Below are positions 1-13,887 of a DNA stretch of 64,000 nt, in pieces (within the stretch, counting starts at the first letter, position 1; each line of letters begins with the position of its first letter). Origin of the DNA: Hypanus sabinus (lineage: Eukaryota); assembly GCF_030144855.1 (NCBI RefSeq), contig NC_082736.1, forward strand, positions 9,176,001 through 9,240,000, given 5' to 3'. The position numbers and the translations under genes are program-made. The notes beneath the pieces were generated by a model. The model made no database searches. It saw only the letters and a program-made list of their open reading frames with translations, and was not told the origin of the DNA.

Positions 1-2520
1 TGCAATTTTCCAGTCCCGCAGCACCATGCCAGAGTCCAATACGTTTTGAAAGATCATTACTAATGGCACCACAATCTCTACCGTTAACTCTGCAAGAACT
101 CTAGGGTGCAGTTCATCTGATCTGGGTGACTTGTATACCCTCAGGGCTTTCAGCTTTTTGAGCACCTTTCCCTTATAATAATAATAACTGCAGTCCCTTC
201 TCTCCCCTCACACCCTTCAACAACTGGCACACAGCTAGTATCTTCCACTGATGGAAAATACTCATTTAGTTCTTCTGCCATGTCCTTTCCCACCCCCCAC
301 CTACCAACACATTATTATTTCTCTGTCCTGATCTTCTAGCAGTCCAATATCCAGTCTCATCTCACCTTTATATTTTACATACTTGAAAAAACTTAAACTA
401 TCCACTTTGTTAATATTTACTAGCTTGCTTGCATATTTAATCTTTATCCTCTTTAGGTTGCTCTCTGTAAGCTGTCAGAAGGTTCCCAATCCTCTAGATT
501 CTGACTTTATTTTTCCTTGTTTTATGCCCTCCCTTTCGGTTTTACATTAGCATTGACTTCCTTGTCAGCCACAGTTGTACTATTTTGCCATTTGAGTATT
601 TATTTGTTTCTGGAATACATTTATCCTGCATCTCGCTCATTTTTCTCTGAAACTCTCACCATTGCTGCTTAGCTGCCATCTCTGCCAGCATCTCCTTCAA
701 ACTTACTTTAGCCAACTCCTCTCTCATACCACTGTTACTACCTTTACTCCACTGAAACACTGCTATGTCAGACTGTACCCTCACCCTATACAATTTCAAA
801 TTGAACTCAATGATACTGTGATCACTGCCTCCTAAGGGCTCTTTTACCTTAAGTTCCCTAATTGCCTCCTGTTCATTAAATAACACACAATCCAATATAG
901 CTGATTTCCTCGTAGGCTCAACGACAAACTGCTCTGAAAAGCCATCTCTTAGTGTTACGTACTCGTGACACATGACAGTGGAGCCCTTGTCATGTGACTG
1001 GGGTTGAAGCTGTACTGGACTTGAGGTGATGGTCTTGTGATGGTGGAATGACGTCATTTTCCCGCCAGTAGAGATCATGTGATGGGTTTTTTACAGGTTA
1101 TAAAAGGTAGACCCCACCCTGTGAGGAGGGGCAGTTCGTGGCTGGATTTGCCAAGTTGACTTCATGCCACTGCGTGTTTGAAGTGATGACGCAGTTTAGT
1201 TGAAGGATGAAGTTTTTATTTAATGCCTAAAGTTTAAAAGGTTAATGCCAACAGGTTCTTTATGATTCTGTTAGTTTGAGAATTAAAGGAGAGTGAAGAT
1301 TCAAGGTTGGAAGTTAAAGATCGAGGAGAATCGCTTTCTACGGTGAAACGGGGGCGACCTTTGTTTGATCCTTATTTGGAAGGATTTCGTTGACTATCTT
1401 CGTGTTAATCCCTAGGTTTACCTAGAAAGGATTGAAGGTAGTGGAGAAGGAAAGGTCAGTGCCTTTAAGCCGTTCTGTTTCGTAAATTCTTCGTGGGAAT
1501 TTCGACGTCGGGAATCGAAGCAAGCGACGTGAAAGAGAACTTAAATCGTCCTGTAAAGTCTCTCCTTTTAAATGGACTGTGAGCATATTGAACTTTTGGC
1601 AATATCACTTTAAGAACTGTTTTGGAATATCACTTCAAAGAACTGTTTTGGAATATCACTTTACGAACTGTTTGAACAGCCGCTCAGCAGCTGTTTCCGG
1701 TTACGGTAGTGTTTGTTTACTTTTGGGGGGTTTGTTTTCTGTGTTTAATAAACGTGTTGTTTTATTATAAGAAACCCTTGCCGAACTCATATATTTATTG
1801 TTGCCTGAATACGTAACATTAGGCATTCAATATGCTCTCTCCCTTGAGATCTATTTCTAACCTGATTTTCCAGTTGACCTGGATGTTGAAATCTCCCATG
1901 AAATGTCCAATAACATTACCCTTTTGACATGCCTTTTCTATTCCCTGTTGTAATCTGTAGTCCACATCCAAACAACTGTTGACGGCCTGTTTATAACTGC
2001 ATCAATGTCCTTTTACACTTGCAGTTTTTTTTAACTCTACTCAAATGATTCAAATGATTCAAAATCTTCCAATCCTGTGGCTCATCTTTCTACTGATTTG
2101 ATAACATTCTTTACCAGCAGAGCCATGCCATCCCCATTGCCTACCTTCCTGTTCTTCTGATTTGTCTAACTTGGGCATTTAGCTCCCAACTATAAATATT
2201 TTTCAGCTGTGATTCCGTGATGATCACATTATACATGACAATCCGTAACAGGGCAATAAGATTATCCACCTTATGTCTTATACTCTGTGCATTGATGTAT
2301 AACACTTCAAGTATTGGATTTGTATCCCTATTGATTCTGCGTCCCTCTGCTGACTGCAGTTATGTCCTATCATCTGCTCGCTCTTCCTGACAGCGTGACT
2401 GCATGCTATTTTTTCTTTCTTTACCATCTGTCCTATCCTGAGTCCTTTCAGGCCAGTTCTCATGCCCCTGCCAAATTAGTTTATACCTTGCCCAACAGCT
2501 CTAACAAACCAGCAGTATGC
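1..2520 (-). mobile_element. Degenerate CR1-type LINE ORF2 (endonuclease region), interrupted by a solo LTR
   Basis: ORF 656..1078 has EQFVVEPTRKSAILD...EPLGGSDH (APE motifs). Reading resumes after the LTR with MGDFN (~1880-1900, minus strand). Confidence 0.8.
953..1818 (+). mobile_element. Solo LTR of the Gmr1-like family
   Basis: TGTTACGTA...TACGTAACA termini; 4-bp TSD TTAG (949-952 / 1819-1822); near-identical to LTRs 30122-30960 and 35782-36620, plus one extra 26-bp repeat unit and one extra base. Confidence 0.95.
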
Positions 2521-3479
2521 CCACAAGAAAATAAATCCCAGGGTTGCGTATGATGCCAGAAATGTGTTTTGATAATACATTTACTTTCAGCTTTGAACTT
2601 TGTAGTAGAGAGCCGGGTGTTGTACTGGTCTGTGTCCTCACTGGTCGGTGCTGTGCTCTGGCAGCTTAGTGTGCTTGGAATATGGTGTCAGTGTTTTTAC
2701 AGAAGTGTGTCCTGATTACATAATTGATCTTGTTCAACCAGGAGCTTCGAAGATTCACTGGAGACTAGAATAATTTTTTCAAACCATTACTGGTCACAGG
2801 ATCATTCTGGAATGATCTATTCTATTTGACCCATTAAGTTTATACCAGCTCCTTCTACATTTCCACAATCCCATTCATATCTCTGTCCCCACAGCGCTGC
2901 AGGTTATTTCCCCTGAAGGTCCTGACTAATTTCTCTTTGAACACTGGTTGTTCCTGCCACATACTGTTTCAGGAAACCTTGCTGAAAACACTTAATAAAT
3001 AATGTCCCAACCAAGTCTCAGGTGGGAAGGGAGACCCAATCAGTTTCCGGAGATTATTCACTACAGGTACTCTGTTGTTTTTACATCAGTCCATTACCTG
3101 CTGACATATCTATTCCTCTCCCTCTTACTGGCTGTTGGGAGCCCTACAGTTTCATCCCATCACAGTGATTGCACCTTTCTCATTCCTGAGTTCCACCCAC
3201 ATTGTCTCACTGGATGAGCCTCTGGGATGACCTTGAATTTGTGACATTCTGCCTGATCAGCAGTACAGCTCCCCAGCCTCATTCACCTCCCTCTGGACTG
3301 TCTGAATCTGAATCCTGGAATGTTTCGCTACCAGTCCTGCCCTTCTCTGTAATGGCTGAATCACTGTGCCATGTACTAATCCCGGCGGTAAGTACATCTG
3401 CATTAACTGTTCCACACCCGGTACTGATACAAACACACTTCAGGCCCTCAATGCCACTGCGTTCATTAACTTGGCCTAA

Positions 3480-3890
3480 CTATGCAGTGGTGTACTGGGC
3501 TATTGGCATCTACATGGGTGATGTCATCTGAGAATAATCTGATTAGAAAGGTTGACTCTGTTATTGGAGACAAACTGGACAAACTGGAGACCGTGGTAGA
3601 GCAAAGGATCCAATGGATATCCTGGCAATTCTGGACAATGTTTCTCACCCTCTGCATGCCTCCTTGGCTGAACAGAGGAGCATCTTCAATAACAGACTGA
3701 CACCATTGTGCTGCTCCAAGGAGCACTGTATGAAGTCATTCTGACCCTTGGCTCTGTAATGAGTCAACCCGTAGCCGGGGAAGTGATGACAACCCTCATG
3801 TCAGACTGTGGTAACTTTTTATTCTTTCTCTTACTTCTAATACTTGTTTATCTGTGCACTTGTAGTGCTACTGAGACACTGTAATTTGTC
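3480..3890 (+). mobile_element. Rex1/Babar-like LINE 3' fragment
   Basis: Frameshifted YAVVYW...LIRKVDSVIG...LETVVEQR...ILDNVSHPLH, typical of the Rex1 RT C-terminal region. Confidence 0.55.
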
Positions 3891-3899
3891 TATTTGGAC

Positions 3900-4355
3900 T
3901 TACTTTCTGTGTTAATTCACATCTGTCAACGCCACTACTGACCTTTCACACTTCCCATCACCTCTCCTGGAAAATAAACTCAATGATCCATTTAACTAAA
4001 ACCCTCCATCCTGCACCAGCTTGTTTGCCACACATATAACTGTACCAGCTTTTTATTTCTTCCCTCGGTAGCAGGTGACACTGGGATTACCCCCGTCACC
4101 CCCCCCCCCCCCAAGAGACTCGACTTAACTTTTTCCCCAACTCCATAAGTCTCTTTGCAGGACTTTGTCTCTTTTGTTAGAACAAATATGGACATGTCCT
4201 CTGGCTGCTCACCCTGCCCTTTCAGAATGGCCTGTACTTGTTCAGTTACATCCTTGGCTCTGGTACCAGGGAGGTAATGCAGCATCCTGCAGTCTCTCTT
4301 CTTGCCACTGATACACCTGTCTGTGACCCCGGCTAAAGAATCCCCTGTCACTGAG
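3900..4355 (-). mobile_element. CR1 ORF1 esterase (SGNH) fragment
   Basis: ORF 3992..4351 GDSLAGVTDR...LPGTRAKDVTEQVQAIL aligns with CR1 ORF1 at 27814. Confidence 0.75.
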
Positions 4356-4361
4356 GCTCAC

Positions 4362-5170
4362 CAAGAACACAAAACAGTACAGCACGGGAACAGGCCCTTC
4401 TGTCTGTGCTGAACACGATGCCAAATGAAACTAAATCTCTGCAGCCTGCGTATAATTCATGTGCTTCAATCCTCTGAATATTCATGGCCTTATCTAAAAC
4501 CCTGTTAAGTGTCATTATCATATCTGCTTCCACCACTCCCCATGGCAGCCCAAACCCGGCCCTCTCCACTCTTTGTATGGAAATAGAAATCTTACCTGCC
4601 CTGAAAACCACCATTAAATTCTCACCCTGGCACTTTAAAGTTGTGCCTTCTCATATTTGATACTTCTACCCTGGGGAAGTGATTCTGACTGTCTACCTTG
4701 TCTACACCTCTCATAGTTTTATAAACTTCTGTCATTTCTCCCCTCAGCCTCCTTCACTCAAGGGAAAACAGTCCCATTCAGTCTGATCTTTCCTTGTAAC
4801 TCAAGCCCCCAATCTGGGTAACATTCCTGTGAATCATTTCTGCACCTTAATCACATCCTTCCTCTCATGGTGACCAGAACTGCACAGGCTACTCCTGGTA
4901 TGGTTTAATTATTGATTTGTACAACTGTAATGTGATGTCCGAACTCCTCTGAAAGCCTTTGCCATGAAGGTAAGCATGTTGTGCACCTTCTTCACGACCT
5001 TGTCTACCTGTGTTAGCACTTTCAGGGAACTATTTACCTGTGCCTCAGGTTTATCATTTCATTAACACTCCTCAGGACCCTGCCATTCACTGGCTACGTC
5101 CTGACCTGCTTTCACTTCCCAATATCCATCATTGTTCATTTGTTTGACACTAACAACACTTGCCTGTTTC
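4362..5170 (-). mobile_element. CR1 LINE 3' end fragment
   Basis: ORF 4348..4614 (QRVER...LPWGVVEA) and a CR1 3'UTR-like segment (cagtacagcac...caggcccttc). Confidence 0.65.
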
Positions 5171-6559
5171 TCTGCACTCATGCCCCACCAATAAATGTCA
5201 ATGAGCCATTCACCTCTGAAACTTAGTCATATGTGGTATTATGAACCCTTCACTGCACCCATCTCTATTTTGTTGTGCAGGCAACACCTCGACCCCACTC
5301 TATTTCTCTCATTTACAATTTATCTCCATATAAATAGTAGTGAATTTTGATTCCTCCTACCACATGCCATCACACTTAACATATTAAACTCCATTTACCA
5401 TGTATTCTAATCACCAGCTTCCCCATATCCTGTTGGAGAGAACAAATGTCCAATCAGAAAGGTTTTGAAGGATATGGGTCAAAAGCAGGGAAATGGGACA
5501 AGGAGGAGGATAACCTTGTTCATAATGTGGTGGCGAGGGGGTTACTGACCACAAGCTCAGAAGGGAACTTTGGTCAGTGTGGACCATTTGAGCTGAAGTG
5601 CTCGTTTCTGTGCTGTGTGAATCATCCCTCTTGGCTTAGTTCAAAGACATTAAACTTTCTTAATGACTTGCTATTTCTTCATAGATTATCGACTCCAATA
5701 GCTGAAGTGAAGTTAACTGGACTACAGTCACCTTTCTTCCACCCTTCTTCAACAATGGTTTTCAACTCCATTGTGACCTTTCCGCAACACAGTGAGTTTT
5801 GACAGTCTTCAATGTCTCTCCTTTCCCTCCAGACTTCCTGTGAAACCCTCCAGTGCAGGTTGTTGGAACCTGGTAATGTTTGCTTTTCATCCCATTAGTT
5901 CCTCCCTCCTGATTGTGATTGTTAAACATTATTGCACAATGTTGAAATGTCACCGTTAGATATCCATGGGATGTTTGCTGTGTCCCCATTGTAAACACTA
6001 ATGCAAATTATTAAGTTAACTTATCTGCTTTTTCCTTATTAGTTTTAGCTTTTATCTCATCACTGGTTCCTGGAAAAATCCTGATCCTCTTTTCTACCAC
6101 CAACCCTTGCCTCTTTATGTGCCCTTTCATTTAATATTTCCCTTGAACTCCATTGACCACAGAAGGTTCTGCTGTCTCTTTTCTAATTGGTATCAACGTC
6201 TGCTGGGTGTTATGAACAGTCTCCTTAAACATAGCCACTGCTCATCACTGACCTGTCCCTGCACCTATTTACCCTATCTGCCCCAGACAACTCCACTTTC
6301 ACATCACTGTAATTGCCTTTATTTAGGTTGAGGACGTTGGTTCTGGACCCTGGTGTTCACCCTCCATCAGGCTCTGGAGTTCTCCCACATTGTGATCACT
6401 TCTTCACAGATCCTTCACCACAAGGTCTCTCTGTATTCCCAACTCATTACACTGACTACATCTGAAATGTCCTGTTCCTGGGTAACATCCTGCTGTAAGA
6501 AGCTGTCTCTGACCACTCCACAAATTCCTCTTCCACTGTACCAGTTTGATCAATACACA

Positions 6560-7110
6560 GACTGAAGCAAACTGACAACAAAGTGCTGGAGGAACTCAGC
6601 GAACGGTCGACATTTCGGGCTGAGAAGCTTCACTGGGATTAGAAAGAAAGGGACAAAAGTCAGAATAATGTGGTGGGGGGAGGGGGAGGAGGACATGTGA
6701 GTGTGGGTGTGCGGTTTGTGGAGGGATAATGATGTGAGGAGCTGGGTAACAGGGAGAAAAGGCAAAGAGAGGAAGAGAAAGGAATCCATTTGGACAGAAC
6801 ATTAGACGATGGGATGACACAAAGGAGGTGGAGAACCAGAGAGAGTTGATGGGCAGGTCATGAGGATGTGTGAGGAGAAGTCAAGCGGTTAAATGGCACC
6901 AGAATGGGGAAAAGTCAGAAATAAAGGAGCAGTTTGGAAGGGGGGGGGGGAATAGGGGGAATAGAGGGCAGTGATTTCCAGAATTTGGAGAAATCAATGT
7001 TCATGCCGTCGAGATTGGAGGCTACACAGTCAGAATATGAGATGTTGCTCATCTAACCTGTATTTAGCCTCATTGTAGTAGTAGAGGAGGCGATGGACAG
7101 ACTTGTTAGT
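6560..7110 (-). mobile_element. Penelope-like element 3' fragment (ORF end plus pLTR)
   Basis: Minus strand reads RLDEQHLIF..SLQ..GMNIDFS (PLE ORF C-terminus), then a pyrimidine tract and the pLTR motif gctgagttcctccagcac. Confidence 0.7.
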
Positions 7111-7909
7111 GATGGCCCTCTGCTGGGTCAGGGTCGACCATGGATATTGTACCCTCGCTGTGAGTCAATTTGCAAGCCAGGGTAGTACGATACGTAAAGC
7201 AAGCTGTTGTCCATGAAGGGGCTCCTGCTCTCAACACATCTGATGAATCCAGAGGAACAGCAGAGACAGATGGGGTCAGGTACCAATGGTATCACAGGAT
7301 TGCCAGTCTGCATTGAACATCGGACTGACAGGGAATCCAGCTCTGGATTGTCCCTCGGGGTTTACTCCCGAAGCCTTCTCCATGAATGGGTCTAGCCACA
7401 AGCCAGCAGAGGTTTCAGATCAGAATTTTCCTTCCACTTGATGAGCTGCCAACTGTGGGTGAAAGCCCCATCTGCCCATAGCAGTTAGTTATATGATGTA
7501 AATAAACCCATTTAGACCCACCCCGTCACTAGAAAGAGTTTGTCAGGCTTTGTAGCTAAGCCATATGTAAAATCCAGGAGCTGGACTTGGCTGACAGAGG
7601 TAATTTGAAGCAGCAATTATTAGGAAATGACAGCTTGTCCCTATTACTACGCCACCACTGGTTAAGACAGCTGTAAGGCACCGATATGTCAGTCTGTGAG
7701 TGGGAAATAGAACTAGAATGGGTTGCCACTGGCAGATTGTGGTTGTTGCAGCTCACAGAGCAAAGATACTCAATGTAGTGGTGCCACAATCTGCTTCCAA
7801 TTAAATCTCTCATGACAATCTCATTTCCATTCCCATCTCTCTTTGATATTTCCCCTTTTGTGCTTTATCCCATCGGGAGGAACACCTGAGGATCTTGAGA
7901 CCACTCCTA

Positions 7910-9302
7910 ACAGATCTCCATAAAGTGTTTTAAATTAATTACAGATATAAAACACAAAATAATTGACTGTATATATATTCACCCCCAAATCATCACTGGT
8001 ACAGTAAAGTAGATCTAGGAATTACATTATCAGTTAAGTGGAGGTACACGACTGTTGGTAGTCAGTATCCTGGGAGAAACTACACCATAAAAACAAATTA
8101 ACACTCTGAGCAGCTCTGCAAAAATGTAATTGAAAAACACAATTCAGGAGATGGATACCAGAAAATTTTCAGGTCACTGAATATCCCTTGGAGTACAGTT
8201 AATTCACTCATCCTGAAATGGAAAGAATATGGCAGAGCTGTAAATCTGCCAGAATCAGGCCATCCTCAAAAACTGAGTGACTGTGCAATAAGGGGACGAG
8301 TGAGGGAGGCCACCAAGAGACCTATGCTAACTCTAGAGAAATCACAAGCATCAGTGGCTGAGATGGGAGTGACTGTGTATACAACAACTGTTGCCCAGAT
8401 GCTTCACTTGTCAAAGCTTTTTGGGAGAGTAGCAAAGAGAAAGCCATTGTTGAAAAAAGCTCTCATGAAATCTCACCTGGAGTTTGCCAGAAGACTCTGA
8501 AGTCAACTGGAAGAAGGTTCTATAGTCTGATGAAACAAAGTTGAACTTTTTGGCCATCACTATTAAACACTAAGCTTGGTGCAAGACAAACACCGCACAG
8601 CATCAAAAACACACCATCCCAGCCGGTGGAGGCTGCATCATGCTGTGGGGCGGTTTCACTGCAGCAGGTCCTGAAAGGCTCAGAAAAGTCGAGGGTAAAA
8701 TGAATGCAGCCAAATACAGTGAAATCTTGGAGGAAAACCTAATTCAGTCTGCAAGTGAACTGTGACTTAGGAGAAGATTCATTTTCTAGCAGGAGAACGA
8801 CTGCAAGTATAAAACCAAAACTACACAGGAATGACTTAAAACCAAAGTTAATGTCCTGGAGTGGCCAAGTCAGAGTCCAGACCTCAATCCAATTGAGAAT
8901 TTGTGGCTGGACTTGAAAAGATCTGTTCACTCATGAACCGCATACATCTGACAGAGCTTCAGCAGTTTTGTAAAGAAGAATGGGGAAAATTTTCAGTGTC
9001 CAGATTTGCAAAGCGGATAGAGACCTATCCACACAGAGCCAGTGGTGATTACTGAAAAAGGTGCATCAACTAATTACTGGCTTGAAGGAGGTGAATACCG
9101 ATGCAATTAAATTATTTTGTGTTTTATATTTGCAATTAATGAGATCAGTTTGTAAAGATCTGTTTTTCACTTTGACACCAGAGAGTCCATTCTGCTGATC
9201 AGTGTGGGAAAATAAAGCCAAATTAAATCCACTGTGAATCAATGTTACAAAACAATAAACATGAAAACCTCCAAAGGAGGCCGAATACTTTTGATGGCAC
9301 TG
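7910..9302 (+). mobile_element. Tc1-family (IR/DR-type) DNA transposon, defective; outer part of left TIR lost
   Basis: Broken transposase GDGYQKI...KWKEYG...[23 protein letters not shown]; right end ...GGCACTG|TA; 7910-7986 is the inverted copy of ~9088-9165. Confidence 0.9.
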
Positions 9303-9519
9303 TATCCACCCCTTCACCAGCACGTTATGAACAAATCCACCCTGCTCCTTTCCATTCTGCCGATTCCGTGTGGAACGTTAAACAGATAGGAATGTCAAAT
9401 TCCCGGGCCAAGTCTCTGTAACCATGTCCCTGCAATCGCTGGTAGATCAAACATATTCGTCAGTACACAATATGGAACAGATGGCAACCTGCCCTTCAGT
9501 CCACAATATCTGCACCAAC

Positions 9520-11700
9520 CATAACAGTGTTGAGACTTTATAAAGTACTGGTGAGGTCTCACTGGAGTATTGTGAGCATTTGTGGGCCCTTTATCTTAGG
9601 AAGAATGAGTTGAAACTGGATGTGTTTCAAAGGAGACTCTCAAAATTGCCTGCAGGATGAAACAGCTCGGCATATGAAGAGCGTTTGATTGATCTGGGCC
9701 TGTTCTCACTGGAATTTAGGTCAATGAGAGCAGACCTAATTGAAACCTATTGAATGGTGAAAGGAATTTATGTAGCCAGAGAGTGATGAATCTGTGGAAT
9801 TTGTTGCCTCCGGCCGCTGTGGAGCCAAGACTTTATGTATATTTAAGGCAGAGGTTGGTAGATTCTTGATTGGTCAGATCATGAAAGATTACAGGGAGAA
9901 GGCAGGAGATTGGGGCTTTGAGTGAAAATGGATTAGCCATGATGAAATGACAGAGCAGATTTGATGGGCCTAATTCTGATCCTATTCCTTAGAGTCTATA
10001 TCACCACCTCTGAAACCTCGATTAATTTTGTCAAGCGTGATCTGCCCACACAAAACCATGCTGATTGTCTCTAAGCAGGACATGCCTTTCCAAATGTGCA
10101 TAAATCCTGTACCTCAATATCCTCCCCAGTAGGTTCTCTGCCACTGAAATGAGGCTGCCTTGCCGATAGATTCCTGGATTCCTGTTATTTCCCTTCTTGA
10201 ACAAAACTGCAACATTTACGACACTCGAGTCCTGTGGGACCTCACATGTTGTGAATGAGGACACACTGGTCCTTGTCAAATCGGCAGCAATCTGCTCATT
10301 TGCTTCTTTCCCTATTGCAGGATATATGCCTTCAGGTCCTGGAGTTTTATCCATCTTATTGCTTTTCAGACGTCCCAGCCCAACCTCCTCCTTAATCTCA
10401 GCATGTCTCTGCATATTAGCATGCTCCACTCTGTTTTCATTGACATTCAGTTCCTTTTCCTCAGTAAATATTGACACAACATACTCATTTAGTACCTCAG
10501 CCACTTGGTCTGACTTCAACCACATCATTCTTCCTTTAATCTTGAGTTGACCTTTCCATTCTCTGGTTAACTTGGATCTGCTGGTCTTTAAACAGCTCCC
10601 GCATGTCAGATGTGGACTTGTCTGACAGTGGCTGCTCCCAATCAATTCCCCGTGGTTTCTGTCTTACTCCGTACTAACCTGCCCTCCTGCAATTCAGTAC
10701 CTTCATACAAGATCTGATTTTATTCTTCCTCATCACTAAGAAAAAAATAAGATCCCAGAATATTCACTGACTCTTAGCTGTCAGCTGGCCTGGCTCGTTT
10801 CCCAAAACTAATTCCTCCTGTTCTCTCCTCTGGTTGGCACTGTACATAATGTTTCCAACACTTAAGATTCGCTGAAGAAATCTTGTGCATCTAAGTATTA
10901 AGCAAGTTCCAATTAATTCTAGGGAAGATAAAGTCCCCACACTAGTCATTGGGGGCCAGTATGAAAATCCTATCAGTGTAACTGCAGATTGCCTCTGTAA
11001 ATGAATCTTCCAGTTTGTTGTGACATTCCCAGTGGGGCAAACTCTGCTACTGTTAAACCCCACTCACATGTAAAACAATGAAACGCAGGAGCGTTGAGCT
11101 GGCAGCCCTGTCTGTCCGACAACATAATACTCGTAATGTTGAAATAAACTCATTTCAGCCCATCTGTCCCAGCATGTTTGTTAGCCTGACATTGGCCCTC
11201 GTTCTTTTCAGACTGTCTTGTCATACATGCATTCTCCCACTTGCTATTCCAGTTCAAATTCTGCCATGTGACACCATCAAACCTCCCGGTGAGGATATTG
11301 GTTGCCCTGTGGTCCAGATTGAAATGGCCTTGTTTGTCCCGGTCTCCCACCTGCCTGGAAGTGAGCCCACTGATCCATGAATCTGAAGACCTCCCTCCTG
11401 CATCAGTTCCACAGCAACATATTAAACTGCACGAAGTATCATTTTCTCACCACACCAGCACAAGGTTTGACCCAAAATTCTGTAATTACAATGCTGGAAG
11501 TTCAGCTTTTTAACCTAGTTCCTGAAAATCACTATGTTGGACCTCATACCTGCTCATTTAAACCCTTTGGTGTAGCACGAAGAAACGTCACCGTAAAACA
11601 TATTGGCTCCCCTCCTCCTTGGACCTTTCCCTCGGGACCGCAATGATCCTTGTACGTGAAGCCCCCACCCACCTCGCACCAGCTCCTTGGCCACCACTTT
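9520..11700. mobile_element. Mosaic of old CR1 fragments (+ strand 3' end 9520-9990; - strand ORF2/ORF1 10000-11700)
   Basis: ORF 10031..10645 has KTPGPEGIYP...LFKKG...YRQGSL...NQHGF (CR1 RT N-terminal part). Confidence 0.75.
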
Positions 11701-12205
11701 ACCTGGGCTTTAGAAGACACCAGAAGCACGGTATATATATATCCTTGTGTCTGACTATGTATCCTGCTCCTTTATGTGACCGGACTTTCATTTCCCTCGC
11801 AACCCAGAGGAATAGTCGTTCTAATGAATTAACCCTCTCATCACTGGAAATGATTGTACCCTCGCTCACCAACTGCTGTGTGTGAGGGCGCTCGCCACTG
11901 GTCATGGGGCCGGGGAGGGACAGACCGGGGTTCTCGGGTATTTGCGAAATGGAAAAGCACTTCCTATAATTTAAAGCAGGAGCATCAGCAAATTTTCAGA
12001 AATCCTCCAGTCTGTACGTGGTGTGTGAGGGAGTTTTTTTTTCCCGCTGAAGCGCTTTGTGTCGGATAATGGCGGGCGTAATAAAGTGAAGGCGGAGCTG
12101 GACGACGAGATGCCGCTCTCGGCTCTGTCCGTCACTCTGACTGTGTCTCCTCCCCTCCCCGCCTCTGTCTCTCTGCGCGCTTCTCGGGCAGGTCGGGGCG
12201 CTGTG

Positions 12206-12212
12206 TATAAAA
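12206..12212 (+). promoter_or_regulatory. H4 TATA box
   Basis: TATAAAA about 60 bp upstream of the H4 ATG; the same promoter precedes all three H4 copies. Confidence 0.75.
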
Positions 12213-12257
12213 GGAGACATCAGCAGTCGGTTTGTCACTGAGCAGCGACCTGAGTGA

Positions 12258-12578
<321 letters not shown>

Positions 12579-12611
12579 AAAACTCCCACTTCCTCCCGAG
12601 CACAACACAAA

Positions 12612-12627
12612 GGCTCTTCTAAGAGCC
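12612..12627 (+). promoter_or_regulatory. Histone 3' stem-loop (H4)
   Basis: GGCTCT-TCTA-AGAGCC followed by ACCCA and a purine-rich downstream element. Confidence 0.95.
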
Positions 12628-12677
12628 ACCCACCGCCTCACAGAGGGAGCCGTGTCCACAACCTTTTAATTCTTTGT

Positions 12678-12996
12678 TATCGATCCTGCTGTATTTATCT
12701 GGTGACATTTGAAATCGATTAATCTCTTCCTCTTGAGATTTAGCCGTGATTCTGCCTTTACAGACGGTGACTACCGTAAATGCTGAATGCATTTATATTG
12801 ATCTTAATCTTCCCGTCCGTCTGGGTCAGAAATAAGTTCCCTCATTTAATTATTTTTTATCGATCCAACTGTATTCATCTGTTGACATTTGAAATCGATT
12901 AATCTTCCGCTTGAAATTTAGCCGCGATTCTGCCTTTACAGACGGTGATATTGATCTTAATCTTCCCGTCCGTCTGGGTCAGAAATAAGTTCCCTC
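12678..12996. repeat. Local tandem duplication (~180-bp period) downstream of H4
   Basis: 12678-12843 is repeated at 12858-12996 with a ~25-bp internal deletion; single copy in the paralogous region ~57400-57570. Confidence 0.85.
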
Positions 12997-13352
12997 GTTT
13001 AGAGGAACAATTCCGTAATTATGCATTCAAATCTTAACTGAGTGATTTAGATATTAAATGAAACTGAAAATGTATGATCCGTGATAGAATTTATTGTAAA
13101 TAATAAAAATCTATCAAGCACCATTGCTGGGTGCGCTGAAATTGGCGGGCGATTTGAAATTTATCGGGCGCCAATTACAGTGCATTCTGATTGGATGAAA
13201 TTTGACCGCCAGTTAACAGTTTAACATTTTGTCCTAAATTGTTATTCGCCGCCAGCCTGCTTGAAATTAATAAATCAATCGCCTCAAGTGGATCTATTAA
13301 TAGACAGCTGTAAGTCACGGCAAGTAGACAGCTGGTGTTCAGCTAATCATAA

Positions 13353-13842
<490 letters not shown>

Positions 13843-13871
13843 GACCAGCCTACACACCAAACACAAGAAAA

Positions 13872-13887
13872 GGCTCTTTTAAGAGCC
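13872..13887 (+). promoter_or_regulatory. Histone 3' stem-loop (H3)
   Basis: GGCTCT-TTTA-AGAGCC. Confidence 0.95.

Noticed and set aside
656-1078. ORFs starting MISTGGKMTSFHHHK (also 29972..30247 and 35569..35907)
   Set aside because: Antisense reading of the LTR running into different flanks; not a gene family.
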